Source: Dehalococcoidia bacterium
GTDB lineage: Bacteria > Chloroflexota > Dehalococcoidia > Bin125
Direction of reading: 5' to 3'
Assembly: GCA_965215375.1 (NCBI GenBank)
Contig: CBDCDO010000001.1
Span: 893,567-957,566, forward strand
DNA: 64,000 nt
The notes beneath the pieces are model-generated. The model worked only from the letters and a program-made list of their open reading frames with translations. It was not told where the DNA came from and did no database searches. Within the stretch, counting starts at the first letter, position 1; each line of letters opens with the position of its first letter. Both the position numbers and the translations under genes were made by a program. Shown here one piece after another: positions 9,749-18,170 of the stretch.

Positions 9749-10380
9749 GCTGAACCCTCGCTCTCATCAGCCACGACCAACTCACTGTCCGTCGCAGGAA
9801 AGTTGGGATGGACGGGTCGCTGCGGCACGCTACCCGGCACCGGCCAGGCGTTCTCTTCGCTCTCGTGTGGGAATCCAGGCAACCCCGCCCGCACTTGGCC
9901 AGGCATTTGCAGGAAATCCTTGCGCAACGGATACCCCGGGAAGCCCTCCCAAAGGAACATCCGACGCAAGTCAGGGTGACCCTCGAAGCGAATCCCAAAC
10001 AGATCAAACACCTCGCGCTCCTGCAGATGCGCGCCGTAATACAGCCCCGTCAACGACGGCAGCGACGGATCTTCGCGATCGGTCAGCCGCGCCTTGACCT
10101 GAATGATGTGGTTGTGGTCCAGCGATTGCAGGTGATAGACCACTTCGAAGTAGCGCTCCTGGTCGACAGCGGTCAAGTTGCAGAGGAACACCAGATCGCT
10201 CTCGTCCGAGTCACGCAGCGCGCGCATCGACTCGACCAGTCGCTCTGGCTCGAGGAAGAGCACGCCGTCGTCGACACACGCCGATTCACTCGCGCACGCG
10301 TTGGCGATCTCCATCGCTGCGGTCGGGTCGTATGCGGTCGTCACGTTAGCGCCACTCCAGCGCCTGTCGGCGCCATTCAT
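9745..10380 (-). CDS. nuoC: NADH-quinone oxidoreductase subunit C (30 kDa)
   Basis: NuoC pattern (DLFGIRFEGHPDLRRMFLWEGFPGYPLRKDF). The likely true start is an internal Met, because the ORF overlaps nuoA by 35 nt. There is no nuoB between A and C. Confidence 0.85.
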   Translation of the reverse strand: MNGADRRWSGANVTTAYDPTAAMEIANACASESACVDDGVLFLEPERLVESMRALRDSDESDLVFLCNLTAVDQERYFEVVYHLQSLDHNHIIQVKARLTDREDPSLPSLTGLYYGAHLQEREVFDLFGIRFEGHPDLRRMFLWEGFPGYPLRKDFLQMPGQVRAGLPGFPHESEENAWPVPGSVPQRPVHPNFPATDSELVVADESEGSA

Positions 10381-10726
10381 AGACCAGCCCGAGGAAGAGT
10401 ACGCCGATGAAAATCAGCGCCGCGACCAGACCGGTCACCACCACCGAGTCAAGCGCCACGGCGAGCGGGAACAGGAAAATCACCTCAACGTCAAACAGCA
10501 CAAAGATCAGCGCGACCAGGTAGTAGCGGAAGTTGAACTGCACCCACGTCGGACCCTCAGTCTCGACCCCACACTCGTACGTGTCCGACTTGACCGCGTT
10601 CGGCAGCCTCGGCCGTAGGCCGAACTTGAACATCGCCCACGACGCAATCAACGGGATCGACGGAAACACCGCCGCGAAGATCAGCAGGATGCCGAGATGG
10701 CTGTACTGCTCGAGGACATTGTCCAT
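10346..10726 (-). CDS. nuoA: NADH-quinone oxidoreductase subunit A
   Basis: 126-aa NuoA/ND3 pattern (YECGVE...FRYYLVALIFVLFDVEVIFLFPLA). Confidence 0.85.
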   Translation of the reverse strand: MDNVLEQYSHLGILLIFAAVFPSIPLIASWAMFKFGLRPRLPNAVKSDTYECGVETEGPTWVQFNFRYYLVALIFVLFDVEVIFLFPLAVALDSVVVTGLVAALIFIGVLFLGLVYEWRRQALEWR

Positions 10727-10784
10727 CTGACCCGACCTCGCTCCGAATCATCCACTCGCCGACTGTGGCGAGCGACTCTGTGGG

Positions 10785-10813
10785 AGTATATGCACCAGTG
10801 CCGACTCACTCAA
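10785..10813 (-). promoter_or_regulatory. candidate sigma-70-like promoter for the nuo cluster (TTGAGT-17 nt-TATACT on the minus strand)
   Basis: Minus strand reads cgaTTGAGTgagtcggcactggtgcaTATACTccc, ~60 nt upstream of the nuoA start. Confidence 0.35.
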
Positions 10814-10849
10814 TCGCCAACCCCCTCGCGCGCTCCCGAAGCCTCATAA

Positions 10850-10858
10850 GAACAGATG
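10850..10858 (+). promoter_or_regulatory. candidate extended -10 element TGGTACAAT for the PHP gene
   Basis: tggtacaat lies 64 nt upstream of the ATG at 10922, in the nuo/PHP divergent region. Confidence 0.3.
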
Positions 10859-10921
10859 GTACAATGAGCCGCGAGGGCTGACCGCCCCACTCACACGCCA
10901 GCGCACCAGTTAGATGACCGC

Positions 10922-11629
10922 ATGCTGATCGACCTTCACAATCACACGTGGCCGCGTTCACACGATTCCGTGCTCGACCCGCGAGACCTCGCCACACGAG
11001 CCAAGGCCGCCGGTCTGGACGCCATCTCCTTTACTGAGCATGACGCACTCTGGCCCCACGACGAAGTCCAGAAGATTGCCGAAGAGGTCGGAATCACGAT
11101 CATTCCCGGCTGCGAGGTCTCAACCGACCCAGGACACATCCTTGCCTGGGGCATGGAGAAGTACGTCTTCGGCATGCACCGCGTCGAGCGCCTTGCGAAG
11201 CACGTCTACGAGCGGGGTGGCGCACTCGTCTTCGCCCATCCCTACCGACGCCAGATCGCCTGGAAAGACAACCCCGAGGACTGGGAAGTGGCCGTCCAAC
11301 GCGCCGCCGCCAACAATGCGATGGACCACGTAATCGCGCTCGAAATCCTCAACGGTCGAGGCAAAGAACGCGAGAACCGGTTCTCCGCCGACCTCGCCGC
11401 CGAGTCCGGCATGAACGGCACCGCCGGCACCGATTCCCACGCCGTGCACGACATCGGCAAGGTCGCCACGTGGTTCGAGACCGATTCCATCGAAACCTGG
11501 CAAGACCTCGTGCGGGAGCTCAAAGCCGGCAACTTCTGCGCGGTCGATATGGCCACCGGCGAAGAATTCGCCATCCCCTCACGACCGCCCAAATTCCGCA
11601 TCGCGGGAGTCAGCGTCGCCGGCAGCTAG
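10922..11629 (+). CDS. PHP-domain metal-dependent phosphoesterase
   Basis: MLIDLHNHT...ISFTEHD...GCEVS...AHP...GTDSH pattern of His/Asp metal ligands typical of the PHP family. Confidence 0.75.
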   Translation: MLIDLHNHTWPRSHDSVLDPRDLATRAKAAGLDAISFTEHDALWPHDEVQKIAEEVGITIIPGCEVSTDPGHILAWGMEKYVFGMHRVERLAKHVYERGGALVFAHPYRRQIAWKDNPEDWEVAVQRAAANNAMDHVIALEILNGRGKERENRFSADLAAESGMNGTAGTDSHAVHDIGKVATWFETDSIETWQDLVRELKAGNFCAVDMATGEEFAIPSRPPKFRIAGVSVAGS

Positions 11630-11716
11630 ACTGCAACTCGCAGTCGTCCCATAGACTGCTACGCGACGGTATCCACCTACCAAACAACACCGCTCAGCAA
11701 GCAAGGGAGGAGCCAT

Positions 11717-12235
11717 ATGGCAGATCAAGAGTTTGAGTCGGCCATCACCGACGAGATGCGCGCCCTGATCGGCGTCAAAGGCCCAGAGACGGTCAGCGAA
11801 CTAACGACCACCAGCGTGCGCATGTTCGCCCGCTCGGTCGGTTATGTCGACCCGGCCTTCTACGACGAAGCAGTTGCGCAAGAGCGCGGCTTCCGCAGCC
11901 TGCCGGCGCCTCCAGGCTATCTCGGCACCCCGATCTACAACCCAGCCGACTCCGACCCCACCTTCGGTGGTCGACGCGGCGGCGGCGGGTTCCGTTCGCC
12001 GTATCCGTTGGTCCTCAACGGCGGTACAGACATCGAATACACCGGCGAGCAAATCTGCGCCGGCGACACGCTCACCTCAGCGACCGCGCTCGCGTCGTTG
12101 AACGAGCGCTGGAGCGGCGCCCTCGGCGTGCCAATGCTGATTCAGGTGTCGGAAACCACCTACACCAACCAGGACGGCAGAGTCGTCGCGATCTCACGCG
12201 GAACGGGCATCTCATACCCCCGACCGGGCGACTAA
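11717..12235 (+). CDS. MaoC-like / FAS1-type hot-dog dehydratase, non-catalytic N-type subunit (HadA-like)
   Basis: 172 aa with hot-dog fold hallmarks and no hydratase-2 motif; immediately upstream of a catalytic MaoC-like partner. Confidence 0.65.
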   Translation: MADQEFESAITDEMRALIGVKGPETVSELTTTSVRMFARSVGYVDPAFYDEAVAQERGFRSLPAPPGYLGTPIYNPADSDPTFGGRRGGGGFRSPYPLVLNGGTDIEYTGEQICAGDTLTSATALASLNERWSGALGVPMLIQVSETTYTNQDGRVVAISRGTGISYPRPGD

Positions 12236-12303
12236 CCGAGAACATCAGACCACGAAGCCGACACATCGGCTAGACTGCGCACAGATCGACGAAGGAGAAT
12301 TAC

Positions 12304-12771
12304 ATGTCAGACGCAGTGCCAGACCAGATCTACTTCGAAGACATCGAAGTTGGCGACAGCATCCCAGAACTCGAGAAGAGCCCGACCAGTCAGCAGCTCG
12401 TCCAGTGGGCCGCCGGCTCTGGCGACTTCTACCAGATCCATTACGACACAAGCTACGCGCAGGACACGGGCCTCGACGACATCATCGTCCACGGCGCCCT
12501 CAAGCACGCCTTCCTCGGCGAGCTCCTCTGGCGCTTCGCTGGTCCCGAGGGCCAGGTCAAGCGTGTGCAGTGCTCGTACCGCGGCATGGACCCTGCCGCC
12601 CAAGGCCGCGAGTCGGCGGAGGAGAAGAAGTTCACCCTACGTGGCAGCGTGACCCGCAAGTACACCGAGGGCGAGCGAAACTTCGTCGAGCTCCAGATCG
12701 AAGGCGTCCGCGCCGACGATTCCGTGAGCACCCCAGGCACCGGCGTCGTCATCCTCCCGAGCCGCGGCTAG
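12304..12771 (+). CDS. MaoC-like (R)-specific enoyl-CoA hydratase / hydroxyacyl dehydratase catalytic subunit (HadB-like)
   Basis: Hydratase-2-like motif AAGSGDFYQIHYD and IIVHGALKHAFLGE; 155 aa. Confidence 0.75.
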   Translation: MSDAVPDQIYFEDIEVGDSIPELEKSPTSQQLVQWAAGSGDFYQIHYDTSYAQDTGLDDIIVHGALKHAFLGELLWRFAGPEGQVKRVQCSYRGMDPAAQGRESAEEKKFTLRGSVTRKYTEGERNFVELQIEGVRADDSVSTPGTGVVILPSRG

Positions 12772-12802
12772 CCGCTCGCTCAACCCAGACGTCGCAGCCA
12801 GC

Positions 12803-12838
12803 AAACACCGCGTCTACGGACGCGGTGTTTGTCGTGTC
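12803..12838 (+). terminator. intrinsic terminator hairpin shared by convergent hot-dog and GNAT genes
   Basis: Perfect stem aaacaccgcgtc / gacgcggtgttt with a tacg loop, followed by gtcgtgtctc. It lies between the gene ends at 12771 (+) and 12855 (-). Confidence 0.5.
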
Positions 12839-12854
12839 TCCCGATTCTGACGAT

Positions 12855-13427
12855 CTACCGATTCCCCGCGCCGCGGCGCTGATAGTCACGGTCCCAAAAC
12901 CACTCCCGCAGGACATGCATCTGGTGGAAACGGTCCGGACCGCGGCGCACCCGACCGCAATCGCGAAATCCCGCCGCCGAGAACGCACGCTGAGCCCGAA
13001 CGTTCCAGTCCAGCGTGTGCAGATACACACGCGTCAGCGACGTGTGCGCGAAAATGTGATCGATCAGCAGCGCGACCGCTTCTCGGCCATATCCGCCGTT
13101 CCAAGTCGTTCGGTCGCCGAGCAGAATCCCAAGCTCAGTCTCCCGACGTTGGAAGTCCGTGTTGTAGTACATCACGTTGCCAATGTGGCGCGGTTCCTCG
13201 ACCGTCTCGACGGCGAACGTCGAGCGATACACCGGCGTCGATCGAAGCTGCCAGGCGTACTGGTTGCGGTACTGCTCGAACGTCAACTGCGTGATCGGCG
13301 CGGCGTCCAGCTCGGCCAACTCGACATCGGTTCGCCAAATCCAGTCCAGCTTCGCATCGTCGAGCCGCTTGCGTCGCAACAACACCATCTCGCCCGCCGC
13401 GACAACATCAGCCGGACTCGTTACCAC
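12855..13427 (-). CDS. GNAT family N-acetyltransferase (RimL/RimJ-like)
   Basis: Pattern NVMYYNTDFQRRETELGILLGDRTTWNGGYGREAVALLIDHIF...RVYLHTLDWNVRAQRAFSAAGF. Confidence 0.75.
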   Translation of the reverse strand: MVTSPADVVAAGEMVLLRRKRLDDAKLDWIWRTDVELAELDAAPITQLTFEQYRNQYAWQLRSTPVYRSTFAVETVEEPRHIGNVMYYNTDFQRRETELGILLGDRTTWNGGYGREAVALLIDHIFAHTSLTRVYLHTLDWNVRAQRAFSAAGFRDCGRVRRGPDRFHQMHVLREWFWDRDYQRRGAGNR

Positions 13428-13483
13428 AGCGTGACTCCCAATTCAGTCAGATCGCGAATCGATCCGGGCGGCTTCGACCCCGC

Positions 13484-14020
13484 TCAGCTCGACGGAATCC
13501 CGACGCGACGATCAAGCAGCGCCGCGGCATCCTCCAGCAGCGACGCCGTATTGCGATAACTCACCATCCGCATCGCCTCGCCCATTCGGACCCAGCGCAC
13601 GTCGATGTGCTCGTCGTCGTGATTCTCAAACGAGCCGCCGGTCGGTTGCATCAGCCAGAAGTGCACAGCCTTCTCGATGCGCGCCTCCTCGCCGGTGAAT
13701 GAGTACCGCATCACGCCGATCTTCTCATCCAACGCCACCGATAACCCCGTCTCCTCCGACACCTCACGCAGCGCGGCCTCATCAAGTTTCTCGCCGTTTT
13801 CCGGCGTGCCCTTGGGCAGCGACCAGCGTCGCGCGGGGGTCTGCACGAGCACGATCTCAACATCGCCGCGCTGCCGTCGTTCGCGCCAGACAACCCCGCC
13901 GGCGCTCACGGCGATCCCTTTGCGAATCGATTTCGATGACTTGGTGGTTCGCCGCATTCCGTCTCTCCGCTGGCGCTCGTTGCTACGACGCACGCCAGAT
14001 CTCCACATCAGATTCCACAA
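13484..14020 (-). CDS. NUDIX hydrolase
   Basis: Nudix box LPKGTPENGEKLDEAALREVSEETG. The start is probably the internal Met near 13957. Confidence 0.7.
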   Translation of the reverse strand: MWNLMWRSGVRRSNERQRRDGMRRTTKSSKSIRKGIAVSAGGVVWRERRQRGDVEIVLVQTPARRWSLPKGTPENGEKLDEAALREVSEETGLSVALDEKIGVMRYSFTGEEARIEKAVHFWLMQPTGGSFENHDDEHIDVRWVRMGEAMRMVSYRNTASLLEDAAALLDRRVGIPSS

Positions 14021-14115
14021 CCCAAACGATGAAACTCAATCTATCAGAGGCCCCAACGAACCCTCGCCGCCGACTCGGCCGTTTCCTAGAACAAACACCT
14101 CACCAAACACGCAGA

Positions 14116-15144
14116 TCACTCGTCGCGCCAGCCCTCGGGCAAGCCAGCTCCAGCCAGATCACCGAAGTCGTCGAGGTCCTCAAACGAGTCCAGCATCGTC
14201 GCCTCCTCGATCGCTGACTGCACCACCGACCTCACCGTTGGGTCAGGGTGTGTCCGTAGCTGCTGCAGTTCCTCGACGGCCTCCTCGCCGCCGATCTCAC
14301 CCAGAGCCGCCACCGCCGCCTGAAGCTGCGCCTCCGACGCCGACGCGTCATCAAACAACTCCAGCAGCATCGGCGTGCCATCTTCCGAGCCAATCTCGCC
14401 GATCGCCTGAATCGCCGCGAGCCGCTCATCCTCGTCCTCGGCGACCAAGAGACCCTCAAGAACTGTTAACCACGACACATCCGCGCTCCGGCCCATCGCC
14501 TGCACCGCGCCGAGATGCAGCGCCGCATCATCGCTCTGGAACGCGTCTTCGATCAGTTCTCGAACCCACGCTGCCTCAAACACACCGACCCCAGAAACCG
14601 CCACCGCCCGAATCTGCTCGTCCTCGAGCGGATCCTCCGCGAGCGTACGGAGCTCATCGATGACGCCATCAGCGCCCTCGCCCGACGCCCAGCCCAGTTC
14701 CACCCGCATCGCCACGTCGCCCAGAGCGATCACCGCTTCACGCCGAACTTCTGTCGTCTCTTCCTCGGACTTGGCCACCGACACCAGTGTCTCCGTCGCC
14801 TTGGCCGTCTCGCACATCGCCAGGCCGTTCACCGCGAGCGATCGGACCGCGTCATCCTCGTCCGACGCCATCGTGGCCAGAATTGTCGTGAAGTCATAGC
14901 CACCAGATTCGGAACCGATCTGCACAAATCGCTCCAGCAAGGCAAACCGACCCGCCGAATCCAACGCCGCGAGCAACTCACGGACGACCGGTTCCGCGTC
15001 GGCCGACAGCCGCGAGACCGCATGCACATCCTCGGGATCCAGGTCGAACTGCCCCGAGGAAATCACCGTGACGACGCGCCGAAGCCCGTCAATGGGATCG
15101 GACACATCCTGATGCCCCGCCGACTGTCCAGGTGAATCGCTCAT
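14116..15144 (-). CDS. HEAT / PBS-lyase repeat protein
   Basis: Acidic 342-aa protein with repeated A-x-x-A-L-G-x-I-G HEAT-like units (AVIALGDV, AVQAMGR, AIQAIGEIG, AVAALGEIG). Stop/start overlap with gpsA. Confidence 0.65.
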   Translation of the reverse strand: MSDSPGQSAGHQDVSDPIDGLRRVVTVISSGQFDLDPEDVHAVSRLSADAEPVVRELLAALDSAGRFALLERFVQIGSESGGYDFTTILATMASDEDDAVRSLAVNGLAMCETAKATETLVSVAKSEEETTEVRREAVIALGDVAMRVELGWASGEGADGVIDELRTLAEDPLEDEQIRAVAVSGVGVFEAAWVRELIEDAFQSDDAALHLGAVQAMGRSADVSWLTVLEGLLVAEDEDERLAAIQAIGEIGSEDGTPMLLELFDDASASEAQLQAAVAALGEIGGEEAVEELQQLRTHPDPTVRSVVQSAIEEATMLDSFEDLDDFGDLAGAGLPEGWRDE

Positions 15145-16142
15145 CAGCCCTCCACCGTCGGAGCGCGTTCCATCAGCACGCGGATCGCATCGCTCGGATT
15201 CAGACCTTCGAACAGCACTTGCGCGACCGCCTCGGCGATCGGCATATCGACGCCCAGATTCTCCGCAACCTCAAGCACGACGCGCGTCGTCTCGACACCC
15301 TCAACGACGTGCGGATTTCCCGCCATCGCCTCTTCGAGCGACAACCCACTGCCGATCCGCTCACCCAGCGTTCGATTTCGAGAACGCGGACTACTCGCCG
15401 TCGCCAGCAGATCGCCCAGCCCCGCCAAGCCGGCGAACGTCGACGGCGACGCCCCCAGCGCCACACCCAATCGAGCCATCTCGGACAATCCCCGAGTGAT
15501 CAGCGCGGCCCGTGCGTTGTCGCCGACGTTCAGACCGACCGCCGTTCCCACCGCGATCGCAATCACATTCTTCAACGAGCCGCCCAGTTCGACGCCCACG
15601 AGGTCGCTGTTGGTGTACACGCGAAACGTCGACGAGTTCAACGCCTGCTGCAATCGCTCGGAATCGCGCTCCGAGCTCGACGCCACCACCGTCGTCGCCG
15701 GCAGTCCGTCGGCGATCTCCCGAGCAATATTCGGGCCAGAGATGGATCCCACCCGCGGCTCCCGACCGCTGAGCACCAGTTCTTGATCGAGAACCTCCGA
15801 CATTCGCAAGTGCGAACCTTGCTCAAGTCCCTTCGCCGCCGACGCATGGACCGTGTCGCCCGGAGTCAGACGGGGAAGCACGGCCCGCAAGTTCTCCCGC
15901 AAACGCTGCGACGGTGTCGCCCAGATCACCACTGCAGGCGGAGCACCGCTCGGGTCGGAAGTGAATGTCAGGGCCTCTGGCAAAGCAACGCCGGGAAGCA
16001 ATCGGCGATGCTCGCGCGTGGCCGAGAGCTCTGTGGCCTCCGACTCAGTCCGACAGAGCACCACAGACTCGTTCCCCGCCCGATCAACGCACGACGCCAG
16101 CGTGCATCCCCACGACGTCGCCCCAACCACCATCACCCTCAT
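15144..16142 (-). CDS. gpsA: NAD(P)H-dependent glycerol-3-phosphate dehydrogenase
   Basis: MRVMVVGATSWG Rossmann N-terminus plus the NVIAIAVGTAVGLNVGDNARAALITRGLSEM GpsA core. The track ORF starts 30 codons earlier and overlaps plsY. Confidence 0.85.
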   Translation of the reverse strand: MRVMVVGATSWGCTLASCVDRAGNESVVLCRTESEATELSATREHRRLLPGVALPEALTFTSDPSGAPPAVVIWATPSQRLRENLRAVLPRLTPGDTVHASAAKGLEQGSHLRMSEVLDQELVLSGREPRVGSISGPNIAREIADGLPATTVVASSSERDSERLQQALNSSTFRVYTNSDLVGVELGGSLKNVIAIAVGTAVGLNVGDNARAALITRGLSEMARLGVALGASPSTFAGLAGLGDLLATASSPRSRNRTLGERIGSGLSLEEAMAGNPHVVEGVETTRVVLEVAENLGVDMPIAEAVAQVLFEGLNPSDAIRVLMERAPTVEG

Positions 16143-16771
16143 GCGTTCGACCTCCCCATCGAGAGCACACGCTCGGTGCCTGCCGCAATCCGCCCAATGT
16201 TGTCGCGATGCCCCACGACCACCAGCGTCCACGTCCCGACCGCGTACGCGATGTACGCATCAGGCGCATGGCCAGCGACCGCCAGCAGGGAAATCCCAAT
16301 CGCCGCCGATGTCGCTCCCATCAGCGTCGCCAGCGACATCACCCGAATCCGCCAGAGAATCGGAATCGCCGTTCCCAACGCGAAGAGTGCGCCCATCGGC
16401 ATGATCGCGATCATCCCGCCGAGAGCCGTTGCCGCACCCCGTCCACCACGAAATCCGGCATACAACGGAAACTGATGTCCCACGACCGCAGCGAGTCCAC
16501 CGACCACCTCACCTGTCGGACTGTCCCAGACCGCCATCACAATCAAGATCGGCAGCGCCCCTTTGACCGCGTCGAGCACCAATACCGTGACTGACCAGCG
16601 CAGACCCAACGCGCGGAATGTGTTCGTCGCGCCAGTCCGACCGCTCCCCGACGCGCGGATATCCTCGCCGCCGCGCCACTGGCCGATCCAAAGCCCCGTC
16701 GGAACGGATCCCAGCAGGTACCCAATCGCCCCACCGACAATCCAAGCCTCAACCACGACGCTGGCCTCCAC
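16139..16771 (-). CDS. plsY: glycerol-3-phosphate acyltransferase PlsY
   Basis: PlsY motifs (GSGRTGATNTFRALG...GHQFPLYAGFRGGRGAAT). Confidence 0.85.
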   Translation of the reverse strand: MEASVVVEAWIVGGAIGYLLGSVPTGLWIGQWRGGEDIRASGSGRTGATNTFRALGLRWSVTVLVLDAVKGALPILIVMAVWDSPTGEVVGGLAAVVGHQFPLYAGFRGGRGAATALGGMIAIMPMGALFALGTAIPILWRIRVMSLATLMGATSAAIGISLLAVAGHAPDAYIAYAVGTWTLVVVGHRDNIGRIAAGTERVLSMGRSNA

Positions 16772-18170
16772 CGTCCGACTCCTGGGGCTCGCGACCGCGC
16801 AGAATGCAGCGCAACGGCGTGCCCTCGTATCCGAACGCCCGCCGAATTCGACCCATCAGATATCGCTCGTACGAGAAATGCACCGCCTCGGGATAGTTGA
16901 CAAAAAACGTAAACGCCGGCGGAGCCGCATCAGTTTGGACCCCGTAGTAGAAGCGGATGCGCTTGCCCCGATGCGTCGCCGGTGGTCGCTCGACCTGCGC
17001 CTGGCGCAACAACGCATTCAGCCGAGGCGTGGGAATCTGCTGCCGACGCGCCGTCGCGACATGCAGCGCCGCCGCGACCACGCTGTCCACCGCGTCGCCG
17101 TTCAGCGCCGATATCCACACGATCGGCGCCCAGTTGACGAACCGCGCCCGACCCGCAAGCTGTCGCTCTCGACTGTTCCGCAATCCATCTTCCGCATCCA
17201 CGAGATCGGACTTGTTCATCACAATCACGATTCCCGCCCCGTCATCCAACGCCATTCCGAGCACATGCAAATCCTGCGAGGTCACACCCTCATGTGCATC
17301 GATCACTACCGCCGAGACATCGGCCCGTCGGACCGCCGCTCCCGCCCGTCTCACCGACGCCCGCTCAATCCCCGGCTCCACACGTCCACGACGACGGATG
17401 CCCGCTGTATCGACCAACGAGACCCGTTTGCCGTCAAAACTAAGCAGCGTGTCCACCGCGTCACGCGTTGTGCCAGGCACCTCCGACACAATCATCCGCT
17501 CGTCCCGCAGAATCGCGTTTACCAACGACGACTTCCCAACGTTCGGCCGCCCCACGATCGCGAGTCGGCAGGCCACCTCGTCCGTCTCCATCGGTTCCGC
17601 GACGGCCAAGTTTTCAGTCACACGATCCAGCAGATCATCGATCCACCGACCATGATGCGCCGAAATCGCCACCGGCTCGCCAAGCCCAAGCCCGAAGAAC
17701 TGCGACGCCTCCGCCGCCAAGACATCGTTGTCCGCCTTGTTCGCGCAGACGGTCACGGGCTGCGACGCTTCTCTCAGCAGCGCGGCGACATCCTCGTCGG
17801 CCGGCAACGGACCGACCTGCACATCGACCACCAGCACGATCGCGTCCGCCTCAGACAGCGCCTGCTCAACCTGTTCCGCGACCGAGTCAGCGAACGGACC
17901 ACTGAGCTGCTCGCCCAGCAGACCACCTGTATCAATCACGGAGAAATGTTGTCCACGCCACTCGGTCGTGGCGTAGTTTCTGTCGCGCGTCGTCCCTGGC
18001 TCGCCCCGCACGATCGCCTGCCTGCGTCGCACCAACCGATTGAACAGCGTGGACTTGCCCACGTTCGGTCGGCCCACGATCGCCACCGTGGGCAACACAT
18101 TGGCAGGAATTGCCCGCACATCCACCTGTGGCATTTCTGTCTGGATCGTCCCCTCGTCACTCACGCGCAT
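16749..18170 (-). CDS. der: ribosome-associated GTPase Der (EngA)
   Basis: Two G-domains (AIVGRPNVGKSTLFNRL and IAIVGRPNVGKSSLVNAIL) plus a KH-like C-terminus. ATG at 18168-18170 with GAGGAGG upstream; an alternative GTG lies 6 nt further in. Confidence 0.85.
   Translation of the reverse strand: MRVSDEGTIQTEMPQVDVRAIPANVLPTVAIVGRPNVGKSTLFNRLVRRRQAIVRGEPGTTRDRNYATTEWRGQHFSVIDTGGLLGEQLSGPFADSVAEQVEQALSEADAIVLVVDVQVGPLPADEDVAALLREASQPVTVCANKADNDVLAAEASQFFGLGLGEPVAISAHHGRWIDDLLDRVTENLAVAEPMETDEVACRLAIVGRPNVGKSSLVNAILRDERMIVSEVPGTTRDAVDTLLSFDGKRVSLVDTAGIRRRGRVEPGIERASVRRAGAAVRRADVSAVVIDAHEGVTSQDLHVLGMALDDGAGIVIVMNKSDLVDAEDGLRNSRERQLAGRARFVNWAPIVWISALNGDAVDSVVAAALHVATARRQQIPTPRLNALLRQAQVERPPATHRGKRIRFYYGVQTDAAPPAFTFFVNYPEAVHFSYERYLMGRIRRAFGYEGTPLRCILRGREPQESDGGGQRRG

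Noticed and set aside
10346-10380. Missing nuoB due to an assembly gap or misannotation
   Set aside because: nuoA and nuoC physically overlap and all junctions in the cluster are tight; there is no unaccounted sequence where nuoB or nuoI could lie.
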